This document shows positions 45,001 to 54,510 of a stretch of 64,000 nt of DNA, piece by piece. How positions within the stretch are numbered: position 1 is the first letter of the stretch; each line of letters begins with the position of its first letter. The stretch comes from Auanema rhodensis. Its lineage: Eukaryota > Animalia > Nematoda. The stretch is from positions 9,548,001 through 9,612,000 of the forward strand of contig OZ059898.1 in NCBI GenBank assembly GCA_964057225.1, in the 5' to 3' direction. The notes below the pieces were generated by a model. It was not told the DNA's origin. It did not search any database and saw only the letters and a list, made by a program, of their open reading frames with translations. The translations under genes and the position numbers were made by a program.

Positions 45001-48000
45001 GTTCAGCTATCTCTACTATTAACTGATTATCGGCTAAAATAAGGTAACAGTTTTTATTGAAAGTTTCCGTGATTAAGATTGAACAAAGTAAAAAAAATCA
45101 AAGAGAAACACTTCTTGTTTACTAATTTGATTATAATACTTGAAATTCGAAAAAAAGTAAAAAACAATTGAGAAAGCGACATAAACAGTTGAACGATTTG
45201 AAGAGAATTGTAAGTATTAGAAAAGAATTAAAGTTTAGCTTTCTCTGTTGATATCTGATTGTCGGCTAAAGTATGGTAACAGTTTTTATTAAAAGTTTCC
45301 ATGATTATGATTAAACAAAGAAAAAAGAATCAAAAGAATCACTTCTTGTTTATTTATTTGATTATAATACTTGAAATTCCGAAAACAGTAGAATAAAATT
45401 GAGAAAGCGACAAAAACTGTTGAACGATTTAAAGAAAATTGTAAGTATTAGAAAAGAAATAAAGTTTAGCTCTCTCGGTTATTATCTGATTGTCGGCTAA
45501 ACTATGGTAACAGTTTTTATTAAACGTTTCCATGATTATGATTAAACAAAGAAAAAAGAATCAAAAGAATCACTTCTTGTTTACTTATTTGAATATAATA
45601 CTTGAAATTCCAAAAACAGTAGAATAAAATTGAGAAAGCGACATAAACAGTTGAACGATTTGAAGAGAATTGTAAGTTTTAGAAAATAATTAAAGTTTAG
45701 CTCTCTCTACTATTAACTGGTTGTCGGCTAAAGTATGGTAACAGTTTTTATTAAAAGTTTCCATGATTATGATTAAACAAAGAAAAAAGAATCAAAGAGA
45801 AACAATTCTTGTTCATTTATTTGATTATAATACTTGAAATTTCAAAAACAGTAGAATAAAAATGAGAAAGCGACAAAAACTGTTGAACGATTTAAAGAAA
45901 ATTGTAAGTATTAGAAAAGAATTAAAGTTTAGCTTTCTCTGTTGATATCTGATTGTCGGCTAAAGTATGGTAACAGTTTTTATTAAAAGTTTCCATGATT
46001 ATGATTAAACAAAGAAAAAAGAATTAAAAGAATCACTTCTTGTTTACTTATTTGATTATAATACTTGAAATTTCAAAAACAGTAGAATAAAAATGAGAAA
46101 GCGACATAAACAGTTGAACGATTTGAAGAGAATTGTAAGTTTTAGAAAATAATTAAAGTTTAGCTCTCTCTACTATTAACTGGTTGTCGGCTAAAGTATG
46201 GTAACAGTTTTTATTGAAAGTTTCCATGATTATGATTAAACAAAGAAAAAAGAATCAAAGAGAAACACTTCTTGTTTACTTATTTGATTATAATACTTGA
46301 AATTCCAAAAACAGTAGAATAAAATAGAGACAGCGACTTAAACAGTTGAACGATTTGAAGAGAATTGTAAGTTTTAGAAAAGAATTAAAGTTCAGCTATC
46401 TCTACTAGTAACTGATTATCGGCTAAAATAAGGTAACAGTTTTTATTAAAAGTTTTCATGATTAGGATTAAACAAAAAAAAGAATCAAAAAGAAACACTT
46501 CTTGTTTACTTACTTGATTATAATACTTGAAATTCGAAAAAAAGTAAAAAACAATTGAGAATGCGACATAAACAGTTCAACGATTTGAAGAGAATTGTAA
46601 GTTTTAGAAAAGAATTAAAGTTGAGCTATCTCTACTATTAACTGATTATCGGCTAAAATAAGGTAACAGTTTTTATTGAAAGTTTCCGTGATTAAGATTG
46701 AACAAAGTAAAAAAAATCAAAGAGAAACACTTCTTGTTTACTAATTTGATTATAATACTTGAAATTCGAAAAAAAGTAAAAAACAATTGAGAAAGCGACA
46801 TAAACAGTTGAACGATTTGAAGAGAATTGTAAGTATTAGAAAAGAATTAAAGTTTAGCTTTCTCTGTTGATATCTGATTGTCGGCTACAGTTTGGTAACA
46901 GTTTTTATTAAAAGTTTCCATGATTATGATTGAACAAAGAAAAAAGAATCAAAAGAGTCACTTCTTGTTTATTTATTTGATTATAATACTTGAAATTCCG
47001 AAAACAGTAGAATAAAATTGAGAAAGCGACAAAAACTGTTGAACGATTTAAAGAAAATTGTAAGTATTAGAAAAGAAATAAAGTTTAGCTCTCTCGGTTA
47101 TTATCTGATTGTCGGCTAAACTTTGGTAACAGTTTTTATTAAAAGTTTCCATGATTATGATTAAACAAAGAAAAAAGAATCAAAAGAATCACTTCTTGTT
47201 TACTTATTTGAATATGATACTTGAAATTTCAAAAACAGTAGAATAAAAATGAGAAAGCGACAAAAACAGTTGAACGATTTGAAGAGAATTGTAAGTTTTA
47301 GAAAATAATTAAAGTTTAGCTCTCTCTACTATTAACTGGTTGTCGGCTAAAGTATGGTAACAGTTTTTATTAAAAGTTTCCATGATTATGATTAAACAAA
47401 GAAAAAAGAATCAAAGAGAAACAATTCTTGTTTACTTACTTGATTATAATACTTGAAATTCAAAAAAAAGTAAAAAACAATTGAGAATGCGACATAAACA
47501 GTTCAACGATTTGAAGAGAATTGTAAGTTTTAGAAAAGAATTAAAGTTCAGCTATCTCTACTATTAACTGATTATCGGCTAAAATAAGGTAACAGTTTTT
47601 ATTGAAAGTTTCCGTGATTAAGATTGAACAAAGTAAAAAAAATCAAAGAGAAACACTTCTTGTTTACTAATTTGATTATAATACTTGAAATTCGAAAAAA
47701 AGTAAAAAACAATTGAGAAAGCGACATAAACAGTTGAACGATTTGAAGAGAATTGTAAGTATTAGAAAAGAATTAAAGTTTAGCTTTCTCTGTTGATATC
47801 TGATTGTCGGCTACAGTATGGTAACAGTTTTTATTAAAAGTTTCCATGATTATGATTAAACAAAGAAAAAAGAATCAAAAGAATCACTTCTTGTTTATTT
47901 ATTTGATTATAATACTTGAAATTCCGAAAACAGTAGAATAAAATTGAGAAAGCGACAAAAACTGTTGAACGATTTAAAGAAAATTGTAAGTATTAGAAAA

Positions 48001-49951
48001 GAAATAAAGTTTAGCTCTCTCGGTTATTATCTGATTGTCGGCTAAACTATGGTAACAGTTTTTATTAAACGTTTCCATGATTATGATTAAACAAAGAAAA
48101 AAGAATCAAAAGAATCACTTCTTGTTTACTTATTTGAATATAATACTTGAAATTCCAAAAACAGTAGAATAAAATTGAGAAAGCGACATAAACAGTTGAA
48201 CGATTTGAAGAGAATTGTAAGTTTTAGAAAATAATTAAAGTTTAGCTCTCTCTACTATTAACTGGTTGTCGGCTAAAGTATGGTAACAGTTTTTATTAAA
48301 AGTTTCCATGATTATGATTAAACAAAGAAAAAAGAATCAAAGAGAAACAATTCTTGTTCATTTATTTGATTATAATACTTGAAATTTCAAAAACAGTAGA
48401 ATAAAAATGAGAAAGCGACAAAAACTGTTGAACGATTTAAAGAAAATTGTAAGTATTAGAAAAGAATTAAAGTTTAGCTTTCTCTGTTGATATCTGATTG
48501 TCGGCTAAAGTATGGTAACAGTTTTTATTAAAAGTTTCCATGATTATGATTAAACAAAGAAAAAAGAATTAAAAGAATCACTTCTTGTTTACTTATTTGA
48601 TTATAATACTTGAAATTTCAAAAACAGTAGAATAAAAATGAGAAAGCGACATAAACAGTTGAACGATTTGAAGAGAATTGTAAGTTTTAGAAAATAATTA
48701 AAGTTTAGCTCTCTCTACTATTAACTGGTTGTCGGCTAAAGTATGGTAACAGTTTTTATTGAAAGTTTCCATGATTATGATTAAACAAAGAAAAAAGAAT
48801 CAAAGAGAAACACTTCTTGTTTACTTATTTGATTATAATACTTGAAATTCCAAAAACAGTAGAATAAAATAGAGACAGCGACTTAAACAGTTGAACGATT
48901 TGAAGAGAATTGTAAGTTTTAGAAAAGAATTAAAGTTCAGCTATCTCTACTAGTAACTGATTATCGGCTAAAATAAGGTAACAGTTTTTATTAAAAGTTT
49001 TCATGATTAGGATTAAACAAAAAAAAGAATCAAAAAGAAACACTTCTTGTTTACTTACTTGATTATAATACTTGAAATTCGAAAAAAAGTAAAAAACAAT
49101 TGAGAATGCGACATAAACAGTTCAACGATTTGAAGAGAATTGTAAGTTTTAGAAAAGAATTAAAGTTGAGCTATCTCTACTATTAACTGATTATCGGCTA
49201 AAATAAGGTAACAGTTTTTATTGAAAGTTTCCGTGATTAAGATTGAACAAAGTAAAAAAAATCAAAGAGAAACACTTCTTGTTTACTAATTTGATTATAA
49301 TACTTGAAATTCGAAAAAAAGTAAAAAACAATTGAGAAAGCGACATAAACAGTTGAACGATTTGAAGAGAATTGTAAGTATTAGAAAAGAATTAAAGTTT
49401 AGCTTTCTCTGTTGATATCTGATTGTCGGCTACAGTTTGGTAACAGTTTTTATTAAAAGTTTCCATGATTATGATTAAACAAAGAAAAAAGAATCAAAAG
49501 AGTCACTTCTTGTTTATTTATTTGATTATAATACTTGAAATTCCGAAAACAGTAGAATAAAATTGAGAAAGCGACAAAAACTGTTGAACGATTTAAAGAA
49601 AATTGTAAGTATTAGAAAAGAAATAAAGTTTAGCTCTCTCGGTTATTATCTGATTGTCGGCTAAACTATGGTAACAGTTTTTATTAAACGTTTCCATGAT
49701 TATGATTAAACAAAGAAAAAAGAATCAAAAGAATCACTTCTTGTTTACTTATTTGATTATAATACTTGAAATTTCAAAAACAGTAGAATAAAAATGAGAA
49801 AGCGACATAAACAGTTGAACGATTTGAAGAGAATTGTAAGTTTTAGAAAATAATTAAAGTTTAGCTCTCTCTACTATTAACTGGTTGTCGGCTAAAGTAT
49901 GGTAACAGTTTTTATTGAAAGTTTCCATGATTATGATTAAACAAAGAAAAA
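1..49951. repeat. Tandem satellite DNA array, 231-232-bp AT-rich monomer, ~215 copies, head-to-tail, with local higher-order repeats
   Basis: ACGATTAGAAGACG recurs at 1, 233 and 465 (period 232). Core motifs (GTCGGCTAAA, GGTAACAG, AAAGTTTCCATGATT, TACTTGAAATT) recur in phase up to 49951. The 231-bp monomers come from alternative blocks such as AAAAGAGTCAC vs AAAGAGAAACAC. Confidence 0.99.
49947..49951. other. Target-site duplication AAAAA, left copy (partner 60943-60947; also copied at 60081-60085)
   Basis: The unoccupied monomer reads AAACAAAG-A6-GAATC. Here 5 A precede the LTR and 6 A follow the last LTR (60943-60948), a net gain of 5 A. Satellite phase continues exactly across the insertion (compare 48781-48900). 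Confidence 0.85.
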
Positions 49952-50056
49952 TGTTTTGACTGGAGTCCTTTGAAGTAGTAGAGCGTAAAACGGGCATGGG
50001 TGGTTCAGTGGATTTGAAGTGTAGAGAACGAGAACGCTAGGTTACTTGGACAACGA

Positions 50057-50062
50057 TTTATT
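50057..50062 (-). terminator. Putative polyadenylation signal AATAAA in LTR R region (copies at 59155-59160 and 60191-60196)
   Basis: TTTATT on the plus strand, ~160 nt downstream of the TATA box and ~105 nt before the LTR end, which fits U3-R-U5 geometry. Confidence 0.6.
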
Positions 50063-50220
50063 CAGAGAGAACTGGTAAAGACAACAGTGACAAAAAATAG
50101 AAAAGTAGATGAACACAATACGAAGCAAGAATACAAAGTAATATGGAGCAGCAGCAACAGCAGAACGACGCTTGGAGCGGTCGTTGGATCAAGAGGTGAA
50201 GAATGGGAAAAGCTGCGAGC

Positions 50221-50227
50221 TTATATA
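50221..50227 (-). promoter_or_regulatory. Putative LTR TATA box (TATATAA); copy at 60355-60361
   Basis: Minus strand CGTATATAAGC, in the sense orientation of the element and upstream of the AATAAA. Confidence 0.65.
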
Positions 50228-50457
50228 CGAATTCTACCGGGCGATATACAATACATATTAATGATGGCATGAAGAAATAGAGAAATAATTTACAACAAGA
50301 ATACGAAATAATATATAATAAATGAAATAAAATAATCTAGGAATAATAGATACGTGGGCTGAATATTAGAATAGAATAGAATATAGAGAGAATACAGCAT
50401 TTTGCCACAGATTGAATGTGCCTTCTGCTGTAAGTTGTGGGGGCAGGCTAAGTGTAG

Positions 50458-50733
50458 ATGAGTCATGTCTTATCCTGTGCGGCATCTCCCAGATTTTGCA
50501 GGATGCGCGAGTGGGCGAATGAGTCATGAGCCATTTAGACCTCGATTGCAACTTACAAGATTATTGATTAAGCTAAACGAATTCTTAAGATTAAAATAGA
50601 CTATAGGCAATAAGAGAACAAGATAAACATAAAAGGTTAAGATGGATAGATGTGTTTAAGAGACAATAATGAAGGAACATCTGGTGAGTAATCGGATAAA
50701 CTTGCATGTGTGTGTGCGGCACGTATGAGTCAT
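50458..50733. promoter_or_regulatory. Three perfect AP-1/GCN4-type sites ATGAGTCAT in U3 (50458-50466, 50519-50527, 50725-50733)
   Basis: The same 9-mer bZIP consensus occurs three times within 276 bp in unrelated flanks. Confidence 0.6.
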
Positions 50734-50808
50734 AGGTGAATAAAATAGTGGGAATAAAGTGCATCGTTGTCCAAAAGGAGTATGGGAAAGATGGAGTGCG
50801 TTCGCACA

Positions 50809-50820
50809 CTCCCGCCGCCG
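50809..50820 (-). other. Polypurine tract-like plus-strand primer site (CGGCGGCGGGAG)
   Basis: G-rich tract directly abutting the TGT start of the 3' LTR on the minus strand. Confidence 0.75.
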
Positions 50821-50841
50821 AATATGCTATAATAGCATTGT

Positions 50842-53800
50842 TCAGAAAAGGTCGACGTAGGAAGGCAGAGATTCCTTGCTCGTCGATGGCTTGTTTGGTG
50901 GTGTGGCTTCTGTCTTCTTCAGCTTTGGCTTTGAGGGAGTTTGAGTCCCTTGTGTGCAGATATCAGGTAAAGACCTTTTCTGGAAGAGGTTTTTGATGCA
51001 GCGAAGTTCCTCAATGATGAGGTTCAATGGTGCTGTGAGTTGTTGGATGTCCTTGCGGAGATCCTTCATCTCATTTACCAGAAGCTTGAGTTCTGGTTGC
51101 GCTTCCACTACAATGATGTTGGATTTGCGTGGAGGCGATGTTTCACAGCTTCTCTTTCTTGATGGGGCCCTCAAAGGATCGTAGGGCATGTCCAATTTTA
51201 CGTCGTCCAAGTGGTCCTTATGAATTCTTTCCACCAATTCGGTGAGTCGTTTCTCGTTGCCAAATAGTTGTAGATCAGTAAGCTCCTTTTCGAATACATT
51301 ATAGGTCCTGGCTGTGTTGATAAAGTCCTTTATTTTGATGAAATAACAGAGAATATCAGTAGCGGCAAGTTGGATGTCTCTAGCAGGAGTATTCGTAATC
51401 GCTTCAAGTTGGAATAAAGTTTTCAGAGATAGATCCATGGATTGCAATAGGCCCTTGTAGTAATCATTTCTTTTGTCTAAGGACAGACGTAAGTATGATT
51501 GTTTTCTCTCGGCTGAGGAAGCAAGAGTATCGCGAATAGTGTTGGCGTGAGTTGACATGATTAGTAATAAGAGTATGATAGCGACGTGGGTCTTCCGTTG
51601 AGTGATGAGGAAGAGGAGGCGCCTGAGGAAACGAAGCGTAATGATGGGCAGGCGGAGCGTGGTTTTAATAATTCTGATAGCGAAGAAAAGTGTGTTGCTC
51701 GCGATGGCGATGGAGTATGTCGTCATGATGTAATACGAAATGGCCAATGCGGATAATATCAGTATGAGACAAAATAGAAGTTCTCTGTACCAGTTAAGGT
51801 AAATGTCGTAGAAATGAGTGATATCAGGCCATGGGAAAGATATAACTGACTCATGAATGGAGGAGTGATTGCCATCGACGTAGTGTTTGTTGAGATCTTC
51901 CATATTATTCACGTAATATAATATTCCGGTGAGCAAAAATGACTTCGTTTGTTTTCCGCAAGTGTATGAACACTGTGTTCGAGGTGAAGCTGTTGTCATT
52001 GGAAGTCGAATAGTGTTCATTGTTCCTTCAGGGCTGCAGTGTAGCATGAATGCTGTACCTTCGCAAGTTGTTGCCGCGAGAGTATTTGTTGATGAGGAAC
52101 ATATAATTTTAGCCTGTGCTCCGTTTTGACAGTTGTAACAGCCTGTTAACATGGAGTCTGTTATGTCGCAAAATTCCGAGCTGTAATTGAATGAGCTTTG
52201 GAATTTGCCATCAATTGTGATGTGTAGTTCGGCCATAATGTTACGGTTGACAGTTATGTGAACTTTGCGATTTGAAGATTCGATGGAGTAGGCAGGTGTG
52301 ATGAGTGGTAAGGCACTTTTCACATTTTCAAATGATGTATTCAAAGAGTAGTCTTTGCATCGACAATTCACGGTATCTTCGGCTGGTGAACAATCGCAAT
52401 GTGGAGTAGCTTGGCATTCCATTTTTATTGCTTTCTCTCTAGATGAGCAAGATAGAGTTGCTGGTTGGCTCCAGACTGCTGTTTTCGTCAGATTTCGAAT
52501 GAATTTGTATTGCATTGCTGGTATGACGGGTGAAGTAATGCTGGTAAGTGCTATCTTGAATGGAGACAAAGAAGTTATCAAATCGCCGTGTAAGGTGATG
52601 TTTCTGGTGATTATATTTGTTCCATTTTGATAGGTAAGTAGCATCTGAGTAGATTGTGACCATTCTGTGCAAGTGAAGACTTCGTAAATGGATTTGTCCG
52701 TGGGTTTTATATACGTTCTGTAGAAGAGGCAACCGGATGATGGATAGAAGCATCCGCAGCCAATGCCTCCACAAGATTCTGTGCAGAATGTTTGTCCTGG
52801 GTATTGGTTGGCCATAGTTAGTTCATTGATCTTGGTGTCTTCTCTGATCATGGCGCATTTTGTTTCTTGGCAGGATCCAGTTCGTGGGCAACGTTTGCTG
52901 TCTTGGACTTGAGTGATGCTTTCTCTAGTGAAGTATAGTGAATTTACTTCGCAAGAATAAGTGCTTTTGATCCACTGGATGCGTAGGAAAGTGATTTTGT
53001 CCTCGTTGTTGGTGAATGAGAGACATGCTTCCTGAGTGTATGGGCTGATGGTAAGTCGTTCTGATGTTCGGATTCGACATTCGTTTTGAGTGCATGACGA
53101 TTCTTTTGTTGAAATCATGTTCAATTCTTGACATGCAGAGGTGTTTCCTATTTCTAACAGCATTATTGCAAGAAGAGGAATGACGGATTGCCTTCTTTTT
53201 GAGAAGAGTTTCTTCAATTTTCGTCCAATTGTCAGTGTGAGTGAGAAGATTATATAGCACCACAGACGAATTGGTTTGCCGATAACCCATGGTGTGTATA
53301 GTAGTCCGTAGCATAAGGCTGTGATCATATATACTATGAGTGTCAGTAGCAAGATTGAAGTCCAAGGCCAGCACGATGGATTGAGCAGGGTTGCTGTACA
53401 AAATGTGCAGGTAACTGTAGAGCAGAAGCGGACTCCTGGGCATGTTAAGAACATGTGTTGAAGTCTGGAGTTGTGAAAAAATGTCCAACTGACTTGGTAG
53501 TCTGTCAATATTTCTGCTGTGGGAAGAGTGACGTCTCCGTTGTTACTACTGTTGAAGCATGTGTTTTGGATGCACACTTGTTGGTTTGCCGTACTGATTC
53601 CTTGGATATGAACTCCGTGGGAGTTGCATGAAATTGTTGGGTTTGCTGAGGCCATTGGTCCGAAAATCGCAAGTATTGTGAAGAAAGTGAGGAGTGTATT
53701 GGTTGTATCTCCGTAACAGACTCGTGGTAAGTTACGTAAGTTGGTTCTTCTTTCTTCATGAACTTGTTCTTCTGGTGTTGCGTTGCCCTTGAGTTTTTCT

Positions 53801-54510
53801 GGGATCTCGTTGTCTGAGATTTCCAATGGGTGCAGTAAGTTGACTGGTCTTTTTATTTCTCGACCTGTTTCCGAAATCAGCGTTGCTTCTCTGATGTTTC
53901 CTGATCTGTCGGGGTGAACTTGAATTATTTTTCCTGTACTCCATTTGTGACGGGGAATAGGAAGCTCGTTGATTAGGACGATTTGACCAATGGATGGAGT
54001 TAACTTTGTTCCCGCTTTCTTAACTGAAATGTTGTGATGGTGTGTAGCGCGGATCTCTTTCAGGTATAGGTCTGTCCAGAGTTCCCAGAACTTGTTTGTG
54101 CGTTTCCTTGATGAGTGAATGGCTCGTTCTGTATCAGCTTGAGTTTGTAGCGCTGGGCTGTCAATGTAATCCTCATCCATTTCTTCTTCTGATTCGACAG
54201 AGATGTTCAAGTCGATGTCTTTATAGATGAAATCGCATGGTCGTATGATCTCATCTTTGTTCGTATCTGTACCGATGTATGTGAGTGGACGTGTGTTTAT
54301 TGTAGCTTCACACTCTGCAAGGGTTATTGTGAGCTCTTCAGTAGTTGGAGTACTGTGGAGTGTTTTGTAAAGAGCTTCCTTCACGGACCTAATAAGTCTT
54401 TCGTAAAAACCGCCTTGCCATGGGGCATAGGGGGTGATGTTGTGCGTTGTATTGATTTCCGCTGTCTGTTGTAGTGAAGAGTTTGTTTGCAACTTTTTGA
54501 CCAAGCTCAA
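50842..54510 (-). CDS. env: C-terminal part of the polyprotein: second half of integrase, phlebovirus-like Gn/Gc envelope and ~233-aa terminal domain (frameshifted continuation of the 54389-59095 ORF; the listed start is a TTG, not a true start)
   Basis: ITPYAPWQGGFYERL (IN catalytic E), INTRPLTY, FWELW..YL and RPVNLLHPLE (IN C-terminus, ending ~53821). These are followed by a signal sequence, a Cys-rich Gn-like region with a TM segment, and Gc with CTESCGGIGCGCFYPSSGCLFYR and a TM anchor. Stop at 50842-50844. Confidence 0.93.
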   Translation of the reverse strand: MSLVKKLQTNSSLQQTAEINTTHNITPYAPWQGGFYERLIRSVKEALYKTLHSTPTTEELTITLAECEATINTRPLTYIGTDTNKDEIIRPCDFIYKDIDLNISVESEEEMDEDYIDSPALQTQADTERAIHSSRKRTNKFWELWTDLYLKEIRATHHHNISVKKAGTKLTPSIGQIVLINELPIPRHKWSTGKIIQVHPDRSGNIREATLISETGREIKRPVNLLHPLEISDNEIPEKLKGNATPEEQVHEERRTNLRNLPRVCYGDTTNTLLTFFTILAIFGPMASANPTISCNSHGVHIQGISTANQQVCIQNTCFNSSNNGDVTLPTAEILTDYQVSWTFFHNSRLQHMFLTCPGVRFCSTVTCTFCTATLLNPSCWPWTSILLLTLIVYMITALCYGLLYTPWVIGKPIRLWCYIIFSLTLTIGRKLKKLFSKRRQSVIPLLAIMLLEIGNTSACQELNMISTKESSCTQNECRIRTSERLTISPYTQEACLSFTNNEDKITFLRIQWIKSTYSCEVNSLYFTRESITQVQDSKRCPRTGSCQETKCAMIREDTKINELTMANQYPGQTFCTESCGGIGCGCFYPSSGCLFYRTYIKPTDKSIYEVFTCTEWSQSTQMLLTYQNGTNIITRNITLHGDLITSLSPFKIALTSITSPVIPAMQYKFIRNLTKTAVWSQPATLSCSSREKAIKMECQATPHCDCSPAEDTVNCRCKDYSLNTSFENVKSALPLITPAYSIESSNRKVHITVNRNIMAELHITIDGKFQSSFNYSSEFCDITDSMLTGCYNCQNGAQAKIICSSSTNTLAATTCEGTAFMLHCSPEGTMNTIRLPMTTASPRTQCSYTCGKQTKSFLLTGILYYVNNMEDLNKHYVDGNHSSIHESVISFPWPDITHFYDIYLNWYRELLFCLILILSALAISYYIMTTYSIAIASNTLFFAIRIIKTTLRLPIITLRFLRRLLFLITQRKTHVAIILLLLIMSTHANTIRDTLASSAERKQSYLRLSLDKRNDYYKGLLQSMDLSLKTLFQLEAITNTPARDIQLAATDILCYFIKIKDFINTARTYNVFEKELTDLQLFGNEKRLTELVERIHKDHLDDVKLDMPYDPLRAPSRKRSCETSPPRKSNIIVVEAQPELKLLVNEMKDLRKDIQQLTAPLNLIIEELRCIKNLFQKRSLPDICTQGTQTPSKPKLKKTEATPPNKPSTSKESLPSYVDLF
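51724..53133 (-). other. Phlebovirus Gc (G2)-like class II fusion protein domain; fusion loop at 52747-52773, TM anchor ~51724-51783
   Basis: Starts after the signal-like LLAIMLLEIGNTSA|CQEL. Contains KRCPRTGSC...KC, CGGIGCGCF, CDCSPAEDTVNCRC and LTGCYNCQNGA, matching the phlebovirus G2 cysteine pattern. Confidence 0.9.

Larger units (their letters stand above)
49952..50808 (-). repeat. 3' LTR, 857 bp
   Basis: Plus strand begins TGTTTTGAC at 49952 and ends TTCGCACA at 50808. No difference from 60086-60942 seen by eye. Adjacent to the PPT and the end of the env-containing ORF. Confidence 0.97.

Noticed and set aside
1-49951. CRISPR-like array
   Set aside because: Whole 232-bp units repeat with no unique spacers, there are no cas genes, and the context is eukaryotic.
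54389-54510. Programmed ribosomal frameshift
   Set aside because: The shift needed is +1 in the middle of the IN core, no Ty1/Ty3-type heptamer is evident, and conserved residues appear to be missing. A lesion is more parsimonious, though not formally excluded.
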